NCBI GenBank assembly: GCA_963737655.1
Contig: CAVTTN010000002.1
Location: forward strand, 3,840,001-3,904,000
Origin: an uncultured Planctomycetota bacterium
GTDB taxonomy: Bacteria; Planctomycetota; Planctomycetia; Isosphaerales; Isosphaeraceae
Direction of reading: 5' to 3'
DNA: 64,000 nt
A model generated the notes under the pieces. It was not told the DNA's origin. It ran no database searches and was given only the letters and a program-made list of their open reading frames with translations. A program made the translations under genes and the position numbers. Every line of letters begins with the position of its first letter. Within the stretch, counting starts at the first letter, position 1. Below are positions 40,801 through 49,008 of the stretch, one piece after another.

Positions 40801-42009
40801 CCGCCCTCCCGCGATCAGGGCGAACGGCGGACGAGCGCCTCGGATCGCCTCGACCTGCTCGGCGCGGAGGTCCGGCGGGACGAAGCCGAGGACACCGACT
40901 CCCCACGGTCTGCCGCCCAGCCGTTGGCTCGCCTCCTTCAACAGAGACGCCACCTCCTCCCCTCGGAGCATCGCCAGGGCGAGGAACGGCAAGGCCCCGC
41001 CGTCGGCGACGGCCTCGGCGAATCGAACCGTGTCGCTGACCCGTGTCATCGGTCCCTGGACGATCGGATACCGCGTTCGGTGGCTCCGGGCGAGCGGCGA
41101 TCCCTCGGAGATCGGCCGGAGCGACCGCGAGGCCGCGAGGTCTCGGTCGATGGTCCGCTCGAATTCCTGGAGGATGCCCCCGACCGTGAGGAACGTCCTG
41201 GCCAGAGGCCCGGCGAACGCGGAATCCTGACCGATCGGCAACGCCTGATCGATCCGCCAGCCGACCCACCGGCGAACCGCCTGATTCCAGGCCTGGCCGC
41301 CTTCGGAGGCGGCTCGCCGAAGGGCGACGAGGGCCTCGGAGCCCCGCGGGGCGAAAACCCGGATCGAAGGACCACCTTGAGGGCCGATCGCGACCGTTTC
41401 GCCGCCGTCGAATCGGCCGATCCGCTCCCGGAACGAGGCGGCCAGACCCGTCTCGCGGGCGAGCAGAAGGGCCCCCTCGACGACCACGCCGGCCGCCCCC
41501 GCCGCCAGGCAGCCGGCCGCCGATCTCGGGCCGATCCCGCCTCGGACCCAGGCCGGAACCTGGGTCTTCCCCAGGACTTCCTGGAGGAGGATGAACGTCG
41601 AGAAGTCGGAACCGAACCCGCCGGCCTCGTGGCCGGCGAGGATCAGCCCGGCCACCCCGGCCTGCTCGGCCCGGCGGGCCGAATCGGCGCTTCGAACTTC
41701 CGCGATCGGCAGACGGCCGGTCTGACGGACCCGTTCGGCAAAACCGCTCCAGTCGTCCGAGGCGGTCCCGATCACGACCTTCAGGGTCTCGGGCGCCCCG
41801 GCGAATCCGGCCTCATCCCACGACGCAACCGGCAACCTCACGCCGAACGGGCGCTCGAGGAAGCGGCTTGCCGATCTCCAATCCAGCGCCGAGGAGGTCT
41901 CCAGGTCCAGGACGCCGAGGGCACCCGCCCGTCCCGCCGCGACCACCGAACGCAAGCCCGCCGGCCCTCCGGGGCCGATCGCGACGAGTCTCGGAAGATG
42001 ACCGATCAT
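34849..42009 (-). CDS. Pfa-like synthase subunit 1: tandem FabK/PfaD-like ER-KS-AT-ACP-KR
   Basis: YPIVQGPM, EGRECGGH, FAGGI; KS DAACGSSL/HGTGT/KSSIGH; AT GHSYGE/CAFH; ACP LEADLGIDSIKRVE; KR GGARGIT/GQSDYAAAN. Confidence 0.93.
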   Translation of the reverse strand: MIGHLPRLVAIGPGGPAGLRSVVAAGRAGALGVLDLETSSALDWRSASRFLERPFGVRLPVASWDEAGFAGAPETLKVVIGTASDDWSGFAERVRQTGRLPIAEVRSADSARRAEQAGVAGLILAGHEAGGFGSDFSTFILLQEVLGKTQVPAWVRGGIGPRSAAGCLAAGAAGVVVEGALLLARETGLAASFRERIGRFDGGETVAIGPQGGPSIRVFAPRGSEALVALRRAASEGGQAWNQAVRRWVGWRIDQALPIGQDSAFAGPLARTFLTVGGILQEFERTIDRDLAASRSLRPISEGSPLARSHRTRYPIVQGPMTRVSDTVRFAEAVADGGALPFLALAMLRGEEVASLLKEASQRLGGRPWGVGVLGFVPPDLRAEQVEAIRGARPPFALIAGGRPDQARELERDGIATYLHAPSPGLLAQYLKDGVRRFVFEGRECGGHVGPRSSLVLWEQAVEVLDAAIEGGVPASEVHALFAGGIHDSRSASAVSAIAASLADRGAKVGVLMGTAYLFTREAVDTGAIVARFQAEAIACRQTVLLETGPGHEVRIHASPFVDRFEEQRARLLASGKPAEAIREELERLNAGRLRIASKGLARGDGEGSPLVAVSDQQQRQDGLYMVGQAAALRSAVTTIDALHRDVCNWAVEATYDRAEVATPGPQPSDVAIVGLSAIFPGAGDARTFWENTLKGVDAIVEIPPDRWDWRLYYDADPKAPDKIVSKWGGFVPDVPFDPLRYGMPPTSLPSIEPVQLLTLEAVRAALDDAGYSDRPFPRERTSVVLGIGGGAAQVAMGYAFRSYLPMLDTVEPGGGRAMMEKCEDLLPEWTEDSFPGFLLNVAAGRVANRFDLGGSNFTVDAACGSSLAAAYLAVRELESGASDMVILGGADTVQNPLTYLAFSKTQAFSPRGRCRPFDASADGIVISEGVSAIVLKRLADAERDGDRIYAVIKGIGSSSDGRARGLTAPRPEGQIRALQRAYRKSGIDPKTLGYVECHGTGTAVGDVVEVSALSEVLREAGASAGSCAVGSVKSSIGHAKCAAGMAGLINAALALHHRVLPPTIGVETPNPKADLGNGPVHVNAEIRPWLHSDATRPRRAGVSAFGFGGTNFHAVLESYDRDPEPPMAPSRDWPAELFVWRSPDRESLARELDSLSTALRSGRKPRPRDLAHSLAERVGKVTAEGASLAIVADGLDDLREKLDAAILAIRGGKAEIADPRGTWFGASPAFPEGRIAFLFPGQGAQSPGMLTDLAIAFAEVRESFEAFDSALIARGRSAVGPIVFPPRAFSDRDRETARNALIRPDAAQPAVGAASVGVLHLLEHLGLRPDVVAGHSYGEFVALFAAGAISTEALAEVSEARGRFLLDSAGEDRGAMAAILASPARIADLLAGMPDVEAVNFNGPRQTVLAGGRDAIAGAVARAEADGLRARLLPVGCAFHTKRVAGARGPLAELLSTRIARSPDRPVYSNLDARPHPSDASEIARRMGEHACRPVRFAEMIEAMHSDGARVFVEVGPGGILPGLVGSILGDRPHLAVGCDSPGRPGIVSLLHALGRMFASGVSMDLSRIFADRSVRILDLTDLPTTEGPVLSASTWLVNGTRARPIGEPEPRRLEMGPALPLPQTNGHSTKPLFDPSPDPHRNGNGRMNGHHTNGHVAPKEVLENSPAPASDRVVLAFQETMRKFLEVQQATMLGYLAKKGDAIPASPPAKSPPSNGSMEGRQETPAPIVIPAPRAVEARAAAAPSALDRSTIASKLVAIVQERTGYPAEMLKLDLDLEADLGIDSIKRVEVLGSLRDAFPGLNLGADSTAMDELTRSRTLGAIVDRVESLVGARPAPATTVFPPSPAPRAVQAVRRLTLHVVPSPIPADRATLAPCGVVIVSDDGRGIARRIAERVEAMGHPVEIVGETELEAPTSAFSERMAEIRSRGPIAAIVHALPLRILPPEGLDRQSWSSRLGPEVRGLFRLAHAAADDLGRSAKAGGSALIAATGLGGAFASDGRASAFSPSQGAIAGLVKTLAREWPEVRARVVDLGPSESPDRLADRLLAELLADDPRAEVGYRGDSRVHLTSRNSPLDSQRSPAFDIRPGEPIVISGGARGITGLVARELARRWRPTLLLLGTSPLPGAAERPETASLTDPSALKSALLQIARRDGRSLAPSDLEASYRDLLRSREIRENLRHIREEGQVVEYVRADVRDASALSGIIESWRSRFGPIAGLIHGAGVIHDKLLRDKTLDSFDRVLGTKVEGAVNLARLIGPDSPRFAAFFSSIAGRFGNRGQSDYAAANEALNKLAIWLDRRWPGRVVSAIWGPWSGVGMVSDLEGHLGRQGLGMIPPEIGPSRLIDELLFGRKGEVEVILAGDLGDLEKPPGRRETRNLEEVPR

Positions 42010-42218
42010 GATGCCTCTCGATAGCGTCCGACCCGGCGTTCACCGGGGGAAGTCCGGCCGGGCCAAGCCCCGGACTTAGTGGAGTTTACCATACGGCCCT
42101 GGAGGTCCGGGCAAATTGGGCGAGATACTCCGGTGAGGTGCGACGACTTACGAGGGCGCGACCCCTTCCCTCCGATCGCTCCTGGAATGGGCAAGGCGTA
42201 CCGCAACCCTGGATCTGA

Positions 42219-43106
42219 TCACGGCTTGGATTTCTTCGCCGCGTCGCGACGGAGCCGGCGAATCGCGTCCTGGGCGATCGGTCCGAACTTCGAACGGAGG
42301 ATCGGCGCGCCGTCGAACCACGCCTCGGGCTCGACGAAGGCGAAATGCCCCTCGACGAACAGGGCGTTCGGATCGCCCTTGATCCGGCTGATTTTCACGA
42401 AGCTCGCCCCGCCGGGGTAGGGCCTGGACTCACCCCGGGGCTTGCCCGTCGAGCGGTCCAGGGGCTGCCAGCGGTTCGGCAGGGTGGGGTCGCCGTCGAA
42501 CGACCGATCCGCCGACGAGGCGACCACGAGCGACTCCGCCGATCGCGTCGCGACGACGTGATCGGTCGTCTCGAACGCGATCCGGTCCAGAAGCGACGCC
42601 GAGAGGTGAGAATACCACTCGCGGAACGCGTTGGACGCGGGTTCCGGGTGGATTTTCCGCCTGGCAAGTTCATCCCCAGTCAAGAGTTTTGTCTCGAACC
42701 GCATGTTGGCCGCTTCGGTCGGCCGGTCGGCCGAGAGCCGGGCCGCCTCGGCGGGATCGAGCGTCTGGAAGTCCGCGTGGACGACGAAGATCAGCTCGAC
42801 GACTCGTATCGTCGCACCCGGGACCTTTTGATCCCGAGTCTTCAGGACGAACGGGGCCGTGACCGAGTCGCGGAGGAGGTCCCGGGCGGCCGTCTCGCCT
42901 CCGGCGAGCTTGCGGATGGCTTCGGTCTGGGCCTCGGCAGTCATCCCGTCCGTCAATTGGGGTTCGGGAAGGCGGATCTTGGTGCCTCCGGCGTCGAAGC
43001 CGTCGTGCACAAGGGCCGTGAGGATGTGATTGCGAGCGTGCTCCATTTCCATCTCGCTCGGCGAGGGATTTGGAAAGAGCAGCAGGCCGATCAGGACAGG
43101 CGTCAT
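42219..43106 (-). CDS. Exported hypothetical protein upstream of the PKS operon
   Basis: ATG at 43106 after GAAGGA; short hydrophobic N-terminus; coding-like composition only from this point of the long ORF. Confidence 0.7.
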   Translation of the reverse strand: MTPVLIGLLLFPNPSPSEMEMEHARNHILTALVHDGFDAGGTKIRLPEPQLTDGMTAEAQTEAIRKLAGGETAARDLLRDSVTAPFVLKTRDQKVPGATIRVVELIFVVHADFQTLDPAEAARLSADRPTEAANMRFETKLLTGDELARRKIHPEPASNAFREWYSHLSASLLDRIAFETTDHVVATRSAESLVVASSADRSFDGDPTLPNRWQPLDRSTGKPRGESRPYPGGASFVKISRIKGDPNALFVEGHFAFVEPEAWFDGAPILRSKFGPIAQDAIRRLRRDAAKKSKP

Positions 43107-43220
43107 GGCGCGGTCCTTCCGGTAAGAACGATTCGACGGGCAAGTTTTTCCCGGGTCGGGCCGATGGAAGATCCTGTCCCCGGGCCGCGATGCGCCGGGA
43201 CATTCGGAGGGCCCGCCTCG

Positions 43221-44333
43221 ATGGCTCGCTTTGCTAGCAAGTTTCATACCCTGGGGATGGTCGCGGCGGTCGCCGGCTCGATGGCCGGAGGTTGTTCCCC
43301 GTTGCCGGTTTCGGGCGATTTTCGCGGAGTTTTCCGGGGCGACGCGAACGTGGCCACGACGGTCCAGGGTTCGCTGGAGGTGAAAGTCCCGGCCCTGCCC
43401 GAGCCCGGTCCGCTTCGCGCCGAGGTCGTCCGGGCCTCGCCCGGAGGTCCGGGGCTGACGAGAATTGCCATCATCGACGTGGACGGCCTGATCCTCAACC
43501 AGAATTTCACCGGATTGCTGTCGGCCGGGGACAACCCGGTCTCTGCCTTCCGCGAGAAGCTCCAGGCGGCGGCCGGAGATCCGGCGGTTCGCGCGGTGGT
43601 GCTGAGGGTTAACAGCCCGGGAGGGGGCGTGACCGCCTCGGATATCCTCGCCGAGGAGCTTCGACGGTTCCGCGAGGCGACGGGCAAGCCGGTCGTCGCC
43701 TGCCTGATGGACCTGGCCACCGGGGGGGCTTACTATGTCGCCGTCGGCGCCGATCGCGTGATCGCCCACCCCACGACCATCACCGGCGGGATCGCGGCCA
43801 TCTTCAACATCTTCAACCTCGCCGACGCCGCCGCCACGTTCAACATCACCTCCAGACCGATCAAGGCTGGCGAGCTGGGTGACATGGGCAGCGTGATGGC
43901 CGAGACCGGTGTCGAGGAGACGACCAAGGGACGGGCCCTCCTCCAGACGATCGCCAACTCCTACCGAGATCGGTTCCTCGCCCGGGTCGTCCAGAGAAGG
44001 CCGGCCCTGACCGCATCGGACCGCGCGACCCTGGCCGACGGCCGGGTCGTCCCGGCAAGCCAGGCGCTGTCCCTCCACCTCGTCGATCGGCTCGGCTACC
44101 TGGACGATGCCCTCGCCGAGGCCGAAGGGCTGGCCGGTTGCCCGGGTTCGGAAGTCATCCAGTACCAGAGGCCGGGCGCTCCGTCGCGGTCGGTGTATGC
44201 GATCGCGCCCAACTCGCCGATTCAGGGGGACTTGCTGCCGTTCAGCTATCCGGGACTGGATCGGAGCAAGGTGCCGACCTTCCTCTACCTGTGGGAGCCG
44301 GACCCGACGATCCTCCGGCAGTCCGGCCGATGA
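43221..44333 (+). CDS. S49/SppA-like lipoprotein, probably inactive
   Basis: Lipobox-like AGGC; IAIIDVDG, VVLRVNSPGGGVTASD, GKPVV, DGRV...QAL..LVDRLG. Confidence 0.82.
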   Translation: MARFASKFHTLGMVAAVAGSMAGGCSPLPVSGDFRGVFRGDANVATTVQGSLEVKVPALPEPGPLRAEVVRASPGGPGLTRIAIIDVDGLILNQNFTGLLSAGDNPVSAFREKLQAAAGDPAVRAVVLRVNSPGGGVTASDILAEELRRFREATGKPVVACLMDLATGGAYYVAVGADRVIAHPTTITGGIAAIFNIFNLADAAATFNITSRPIKAGELGDMGSVMAETGVEETTKGRALLQTIANSYRDRFLARVVQRRPALTASDRATLADGRVVPASQALSLHLVDRLGYLDDALAEAEGLAGCPGSEVIQYQRPGAPSRSVYAIAPNSPIQGDLLPFSYPGLDRSKVPTFLYLWEPDPTILRQSGR

Positions 44334-45404
44334 GCGAGGCGAACGCCGAGGGATTGACGGGAGGGCGGCTCGTCCTGGTGACCGGGGCCGGCGGATTCGT
44401 CGGCGGCCATGTGGCGAGGGGGCTGGCCGAGGCCGGCTATCGGGTCCGGGGGTTGGTCCGGCGTCCCCCGCCGATTCAGGCCGGCGACCCGGAGATCGCC
44501 TGGAGTTTTGGCGACCTGCGCGACCCCAACGACCGGTGCCGGGCCCTGGAGGGCGTCTGGGGGGTGGTCCACTGCGGAAGCTGGGTCCGCCTGGGCCACG
44601 ATCCTCGAGGACTCAGTCGGTCGGTGAACGTCGAGGCGACGCGAGGGCTCCTGGCCGATAGTCGCGAGGCGGGCGTCTGCCGGTTCGTCTATACCTCCAC
44701 GCTCCAGACCCTCGCCGCCGGGACCGCCGAATCCCCGGCCGATGAGGACCGGCCCTGGAACCTGGAGACGGTCCGCTCGCCTTATACCGAGACCAAACGA
44801 GAGGCCGAGGCGCTGGTCCTCCAGGAAGGACAGGCCGGTTCGATGGGAACCCTGGCCCTTTGCCCGGCCATGACGTTAGGACCGAGGGACGCCGGCCCCA
44901 CCTCGACCCGGGTGATCCTGGAGATGAGCCGGGCCCGGGTGGTCACTCTGCCGGGAGGCGGGATTCCGATCGTGGATGCCCGGGTGCTGGCGGTCGCTCA
45001 TCGTCGGGCCCTGGAATCGGAGGCTCTCGGGCCTGCGGTTCGCGGTCGCCGGGCCGTATCTGTCGTTCCGAGAGATCGCCGAGATGGTGGCGAGGGTCTC
45101 GGGACGGCCGTGGCGGATTATCCGCCTCGGGGACCGATGGCAACGGCCCCTGACCGGGTTCGCCGATCTGATCGACCGGACCCTCGGCGGGCGATGGCTC
45201 GCGGCCTCGGCGGCGATCGTGGCCGGCGGCTTCCTGAGACTTCACGTCAGCGGCGCCCGGGCCGATTCCGCGTTCGGCCTGGTCCATCCCGAGCCATTCG
45301 ACACGATCCGCGACACCCTCGAAGACGCGAAGAAAGCGGGTCGGGCCCCCTGGCTCCGCCGCCTCGGCCGGCCGGGCCCGGCGTCGATGCCGGAATCGCC
45401 CTGA
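44330..45404 (+). CDS. NAD-dependent epimerase/dehydratase (HpnA/dihydroflavonol reductase-like), frameshifted near 45025
   Basis: VLVTGAGGFVG, FVYTST, PYTETK; continues in the next frame as LRFAVAGPYLSFREIAE; ATGA overlap with the S49 gene. Confidence 0.85.
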
Positions 45405-45480
45405 AGGTTCCCGATCCCCACACGCAGCGGAAACCGGCTCGTCGTCCGCGACATGCCCCTCCCCTCCGGGCCGAGGATTC

Positions 45481-47433
45481 TCAGGGCGTCGCCGTCAATC
45501 GATCGGAGAGCAGCGTGCCGAGCCTCGTCCAGTCGATGGGCTTGCTCACGTGGGCGTCGCAGCCGAGGCGCAGGCATTCGTCGCGGTCCTCGGTCATGGC
45601 ATAGGCCGTCAGGGCGACCAGGAAGCCGCGAAATCCGCGGCCTCGGAGCAGCCGGGTGGCCTCGTAGCCGTCCATCACGGGCATCTGCATGTCCATCAGG
45701 ATGGCGTGGAACGGCCGTCCGGCCGCCTGGGACTCTTCCACTCGGGCGAGGGCTTCCTGGCCGTTCCGGGCGGTGACGACCTCAGCCCCGGCGGCCTGGA
45801 GGCGGAGGTGGGTGACCTTGAGGATCGCCGGGTTGTCCTCGGCGAGCAGGATGCGGCCCCGCAACGGAGGGAGCTGGCCGCCGTGACCGGAGAGGCCGGG
45901 GACGGAACGGGCTTCCGCCGGCACCGAAACCAGGCGATTCCCGATAGCCCGCCCCGCCGGCATGCGCAGGAGGAACGAGCTACCTCGTCGCGGGGTACTC
46001 GTGACCTCGATCGTCCCGCCGAGCAGGGAGGCCAGCCGCCGGCTGATCGCCAGGCCGAGACCCGTCCCATTCGCCCCTCCCTGGGCCGGGCGGACCGGTC
46101 GGGAGAACGGCTCGAACAACCGAGCTCGCTCCTCTTCCGAGATCCCCGGGCCGGTGTCCTGGACCTCGAAGGCTACCTCCCCTAGCTCCTCGTCGAGCGA
46201 CAGGACGACGTTGACCGACCCGGACTCCGTGAACTTGACCGCGTTGCCGACGAGGTTGATGAGGATCTGACGGAGCCGGACCGGGTCGGTCGAGATCGTC
46301 TCGGGGATCGGGTTGGCGAAGCTCAGGGCCAGTTGGAGGCCCTTGGCCTCGGCCCGGGACCGCAGGGCCGTGACGACCTGGGACGCAATGCCGGCGGCCG
46401 AGCAATCCGAAAGCTCGACCTTGAGCTTCCCCGCCTCGATCCGGGAGATATCCAGGATGTCGTCGATCAGCGCGAGTAAATGCGCGCCGCTCTGGGCGAT
46501 CGTCCGCAGGTCGTCCTGGCGATCGGTCGGGAATTCGGTCGTCCTGGGGTCGTCCAGGATGAGCTGGGTGGACCCGAGGATGGCGGTCATCGGTGTTCGA
46601 ATCTCGTGGCTGACCTGGGCGAGAAACTGGCTCTTGGCGCGGTCGGCGGCCTCGGCGACCTCGGCCTGGCGGACGGCCTCGGCCGTCTTCCGGGCGGCCG
46701 TGACGTCGCGGGCGATCCCGGAAATCGCCGCCGAGGGGCTGGGGTCAAGCCGGCTGGTCGAGAGGAATTCCAGGGTCAGAACCGTTCCCTCCGCCCCCAG
46801 GATTCGCAGATCCACGGGCGGCGGAGACTCGCCGGAGAGGGCCCCGGCGATCAGGGCTTCGGCCGCCTCGCGATCCTCGGGCCGGACCAGATCGGGCAGC
46901 CTCCGACCGATCCATTCCTCGTCGAGACGCCCGGTCATCGCGCGGAATTGCGGATTCAGGGAGGTCATCCGCCCGTCGGCCGAGGCCGTCCAGATCAGGA
47001 CCCTGGCCGTCTCGACGAGCAGTCGATAGCGCCTCTCCGAGTCCCGGAGGGCCGCCTCGGCGCGGACCCTCTCGCTCTGGTCGCGGACGACGACCAGCCC
47101 GAGAGGATCGGGCAGCGTGTGGATCCGGCTCACGCTCACATTCACGGGGATCGAAGCGCCCCGGTCGCAGTTCAGGACGAATCCGTCCCGGGCGTGGTAG
47201 AAGCCGGTCCGCCGATACGCCTCGATCAGCTCCTCGATCCCGCGAGGCCCGTCGCCTCGAAAGAGGTCCCAGACGGTCATGGCGCAGGCCCGATCGCGGG
47301 CGAACCCGGTCAGCCTCATGGCGGCCGGGTTGAGGTCCAGGACCCGATGATCGGCGGGGTCGAAGAGGAACAGCGCGTCGTTCGACTCCCGGAACAGGCA
47401 CCGCGCGATCTCCTGGTGCCTTTCGGCGTCCAT
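45481..47433 (-). CDS. PAS-PAS hybrid histidine kinase/response regulator
   Basis: Two PAS domains; SHEIRTPM; RLRQILINLVGNAVKFT; DTGPG; GTGLGL; receiver AEDN...LMDMQMPVMDG...SKP. Confidence 0.93.
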   Translation of the reverse strand: MDAERHQEIARCLFRESNDALFLFDPADHRVLDLNPAAMRLTGFARDRACAMTVWDLFRGDGPRGIEELIEAYRRTGFYHARDGFVLNCDRGASIPVNVSVSRIHTLPDPLGLVVVRDQSERVRAEAALRDSERRYRLLVETARVLIWTASADGRMTSLNPQFRAMTGRLDEEWIGRRLPDLVRPEDREAAEALIAGALSGESPPPVDLRILGAEGTVLTLEFLSTSRLDPSPSAAISGIARDVTAARKTAEAVRQAEVAEAADRAKSQFLAQVSHEIRTPMTAILGSTQLILDDPRTTEFPTDRQDDLRTIAQSGAHLLALIDDILDISRIEAGKLKVELSDCSAAGIASQVVTALRSRAEAKGLQLALSFANPIPETISTDPVRLRQILINLVGNAVKFTESGSVNVVLSLDEELGEVAFEVQDTGPGISEEERARLFEPFSRPVRPAQGGANGTGLGLAISRRLASLLGGTIEVTSTPRRGSSFLLRMPAGRAIGNRLVSVPAEARSVPGLSGHGGQLPPLRGRILLAEDNPAILKVTHLRLQAAGAEVVTARNGQEALARVEESQAAGRPFHAILMDMQMPVMDGYEATRLLRGRGFRGFLVALTAYAMTEDRDECLRLGCDAHVSKPIDWTRLGTLLSDRLTATP

Positions 47434-47500
47434 CAGGCGTTCTCTTGGAGCCCTGGGGATCATGGTCGTCCGGGTGGGTCGGGACACTCGCGAGCAGGGT

Positions 47501-48742
47501 TCACCGGCCGGCGGGCCTGGCTCGGTCCTCGGCCTTGAGCTCCTCGAGGAGGAGTCGTTCGGCCTCGCGGTTGTTCTTCTCGGCGGCGATCCGGCCCGCC
47601 TCGCCGGTGGGCTTTCCCTGATCGACCCAGAGTTGATAGGCCTTCTTCTCGACCTCTTCCTTGATCTCCGCCTCCGCCCGGAACCAGAACTCCCTGGACC
47701 GGTCCTCGCCTTGAGGCCGACCCGCCTTGATCCAGAGCGCATTGGAGCGGAGCTGCACCAGCCGATGGCGTTCGTCGGACCCCGGGTAAGCAGGCGGCTT
47801 GGCCGCGGAGTCGGCGCCGGTCGATAAGGGGAGGGTTGCCGGCGCCTCCCGGCGAAGAATCCAGGCCAGGCCGGCTACCACCAGGGCCAGGAGAAGGGTC
47901 AGGGCCGCGGCGAACTTCCACGCGAGCCCCGATCTCGAGTCCCGAGGCTCGAGGGCCTCGCGGAGTTCCCCCCAGAACTCGGGGACGCCCGGGAAGCGGT
48001 CCTTGGGCTCTTCCTGCAGCGCCTTCATCAGGATCGCATCGACCCGAGGAGAGAGCCGGGGGTTGTGGACCGACGGCGGCTTGAAGATCCCCAGCGGCCT
48101 CTGCCCGGTCAGCATCTCGTAAGCCAGCGCCGCGAGCGAGTATTCGTCGGCCCGATGGTCCACCGGCAGTTGATATTGCTGTTCGGGGGCGACGTACCCG
48201 AGCGTCCCGAGCCTCTGGCCGGTGCGGGTCAAGAGGTCGGAGCCGCTCCGCGAGACCGCCACGCCGAAATCGGCGACCTTCGGCACGCCGTCCTGGATCA
48301 GGATGTTCTCGGGCTTGAGGTCTCGGTGGAGGATTCGCCGCGCGTGGAGGTACTCCAGGGCCTCGGCCACCGGGCCCAGGGACTCCACGACCTTCGCCAC
48401 GGGCATGGCCCGGCCTTCGGGCATGATCCGCCGCAAGTCGCCCCCTTCGACGAATTCCAGGACCAGATAAGGGCGTCCATCGACCTCTCCGAAGTCAAAG
48501 ACGGGCAGGACGTGAGGATGTGACAGACCCGCCATAATTTCCGCCTCGCGGCGGAACCGGGCGATCCGCTCCGGGTGGTCGCCGGCCGGGTCGATCGTCA
48601 GCACCTTGATCGCCACCCGACGCCCCAGGTTGAGCTGTCGGGCCGAATACACCCGCCCCATGCCCCCCGAGCCGATCGGGCCGAGGATCTCGTAGCCGGG
48701 GATCACCAGATCGAGAATATCCGTCGAAGAGTCCGGGCTCAT
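47501..48742 (-). CDS. Ser/Thr protein kinase with TM helix and two DUF2934-like repeats
   Basis: GSGGMGRV, HRDLKPEN, DFG, GTLGYVAPE; C-terminal RSNALWIKAGRPQG...FWFRAEAEI and KAYQLWVDQGKPTG. Confidence 0.9.
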   Translation of the reverse strand: MSPDSSTDILDLVIPGYEILGPIGSGGMGRVYSARQLNLGRRVAIKVLTIDPAGDHPERIARFRREAEIMAGLSHPHVLPVFDFGEVDGRPYLVLEFVEGGDLRRIMPEGRAMPVAKVVESLGPVAEALEYLHARRILHRDLKPENILIQDGVPKVADFGVAVSRSGSDLLTRTGQRLGTLGYVAPEQQYQLPVDHRADEYSLAALAYEMLTGQRPLGIFKPPSVHNPRLSPRVDAILMKALQEEPKDRFPGVPEFWGELREALEPRDSRSGLAWKFAAALTLLLALVVAGLAWILRREAPATLPLSTGADSAAKPPAYPGSDERHRLVQLRSNALWIKAGRPQGEDRSREFWFRAEAEIKEEVEKKAYQLWVDQGKPTGEAGRIAAEKNNREAERLLLEELKAEDRARPAGR

Positions 48743-49008
48743 GACATGGTCCCTGACGGGGCGGAAAGATGGGCCGACCCGGCGGACCAGGGGTGCGGAA
48801 ATGAATGGATGGGAGCACCCGCGGCGCCGCTTTCGAATGGACTCTTTCATCCTATCTCGGCACGTGCCCTCTCCGCCAGGGCCCCAGACGGAGACGACGG
48901 CAACGCCCCCCGCCCAGGCCGTGACCGACGGTCTCTCCCTTCCGGCGATCGCTCGCGGTATCCTCGGGAATCCGCCGACCCTCCCTCGACTCCAGGAGAG
49001 CAGAGCCG

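Noticed and set aside
30106..42009. Calling the cluster a canonical EPA/DHA pfa operon or heterocyst glycolipid synthase
   Set aside because: Single embedded ACP, no FabA-type DH pair seen, and methyltransferase and ABC genes present; the product cannot be assigned.
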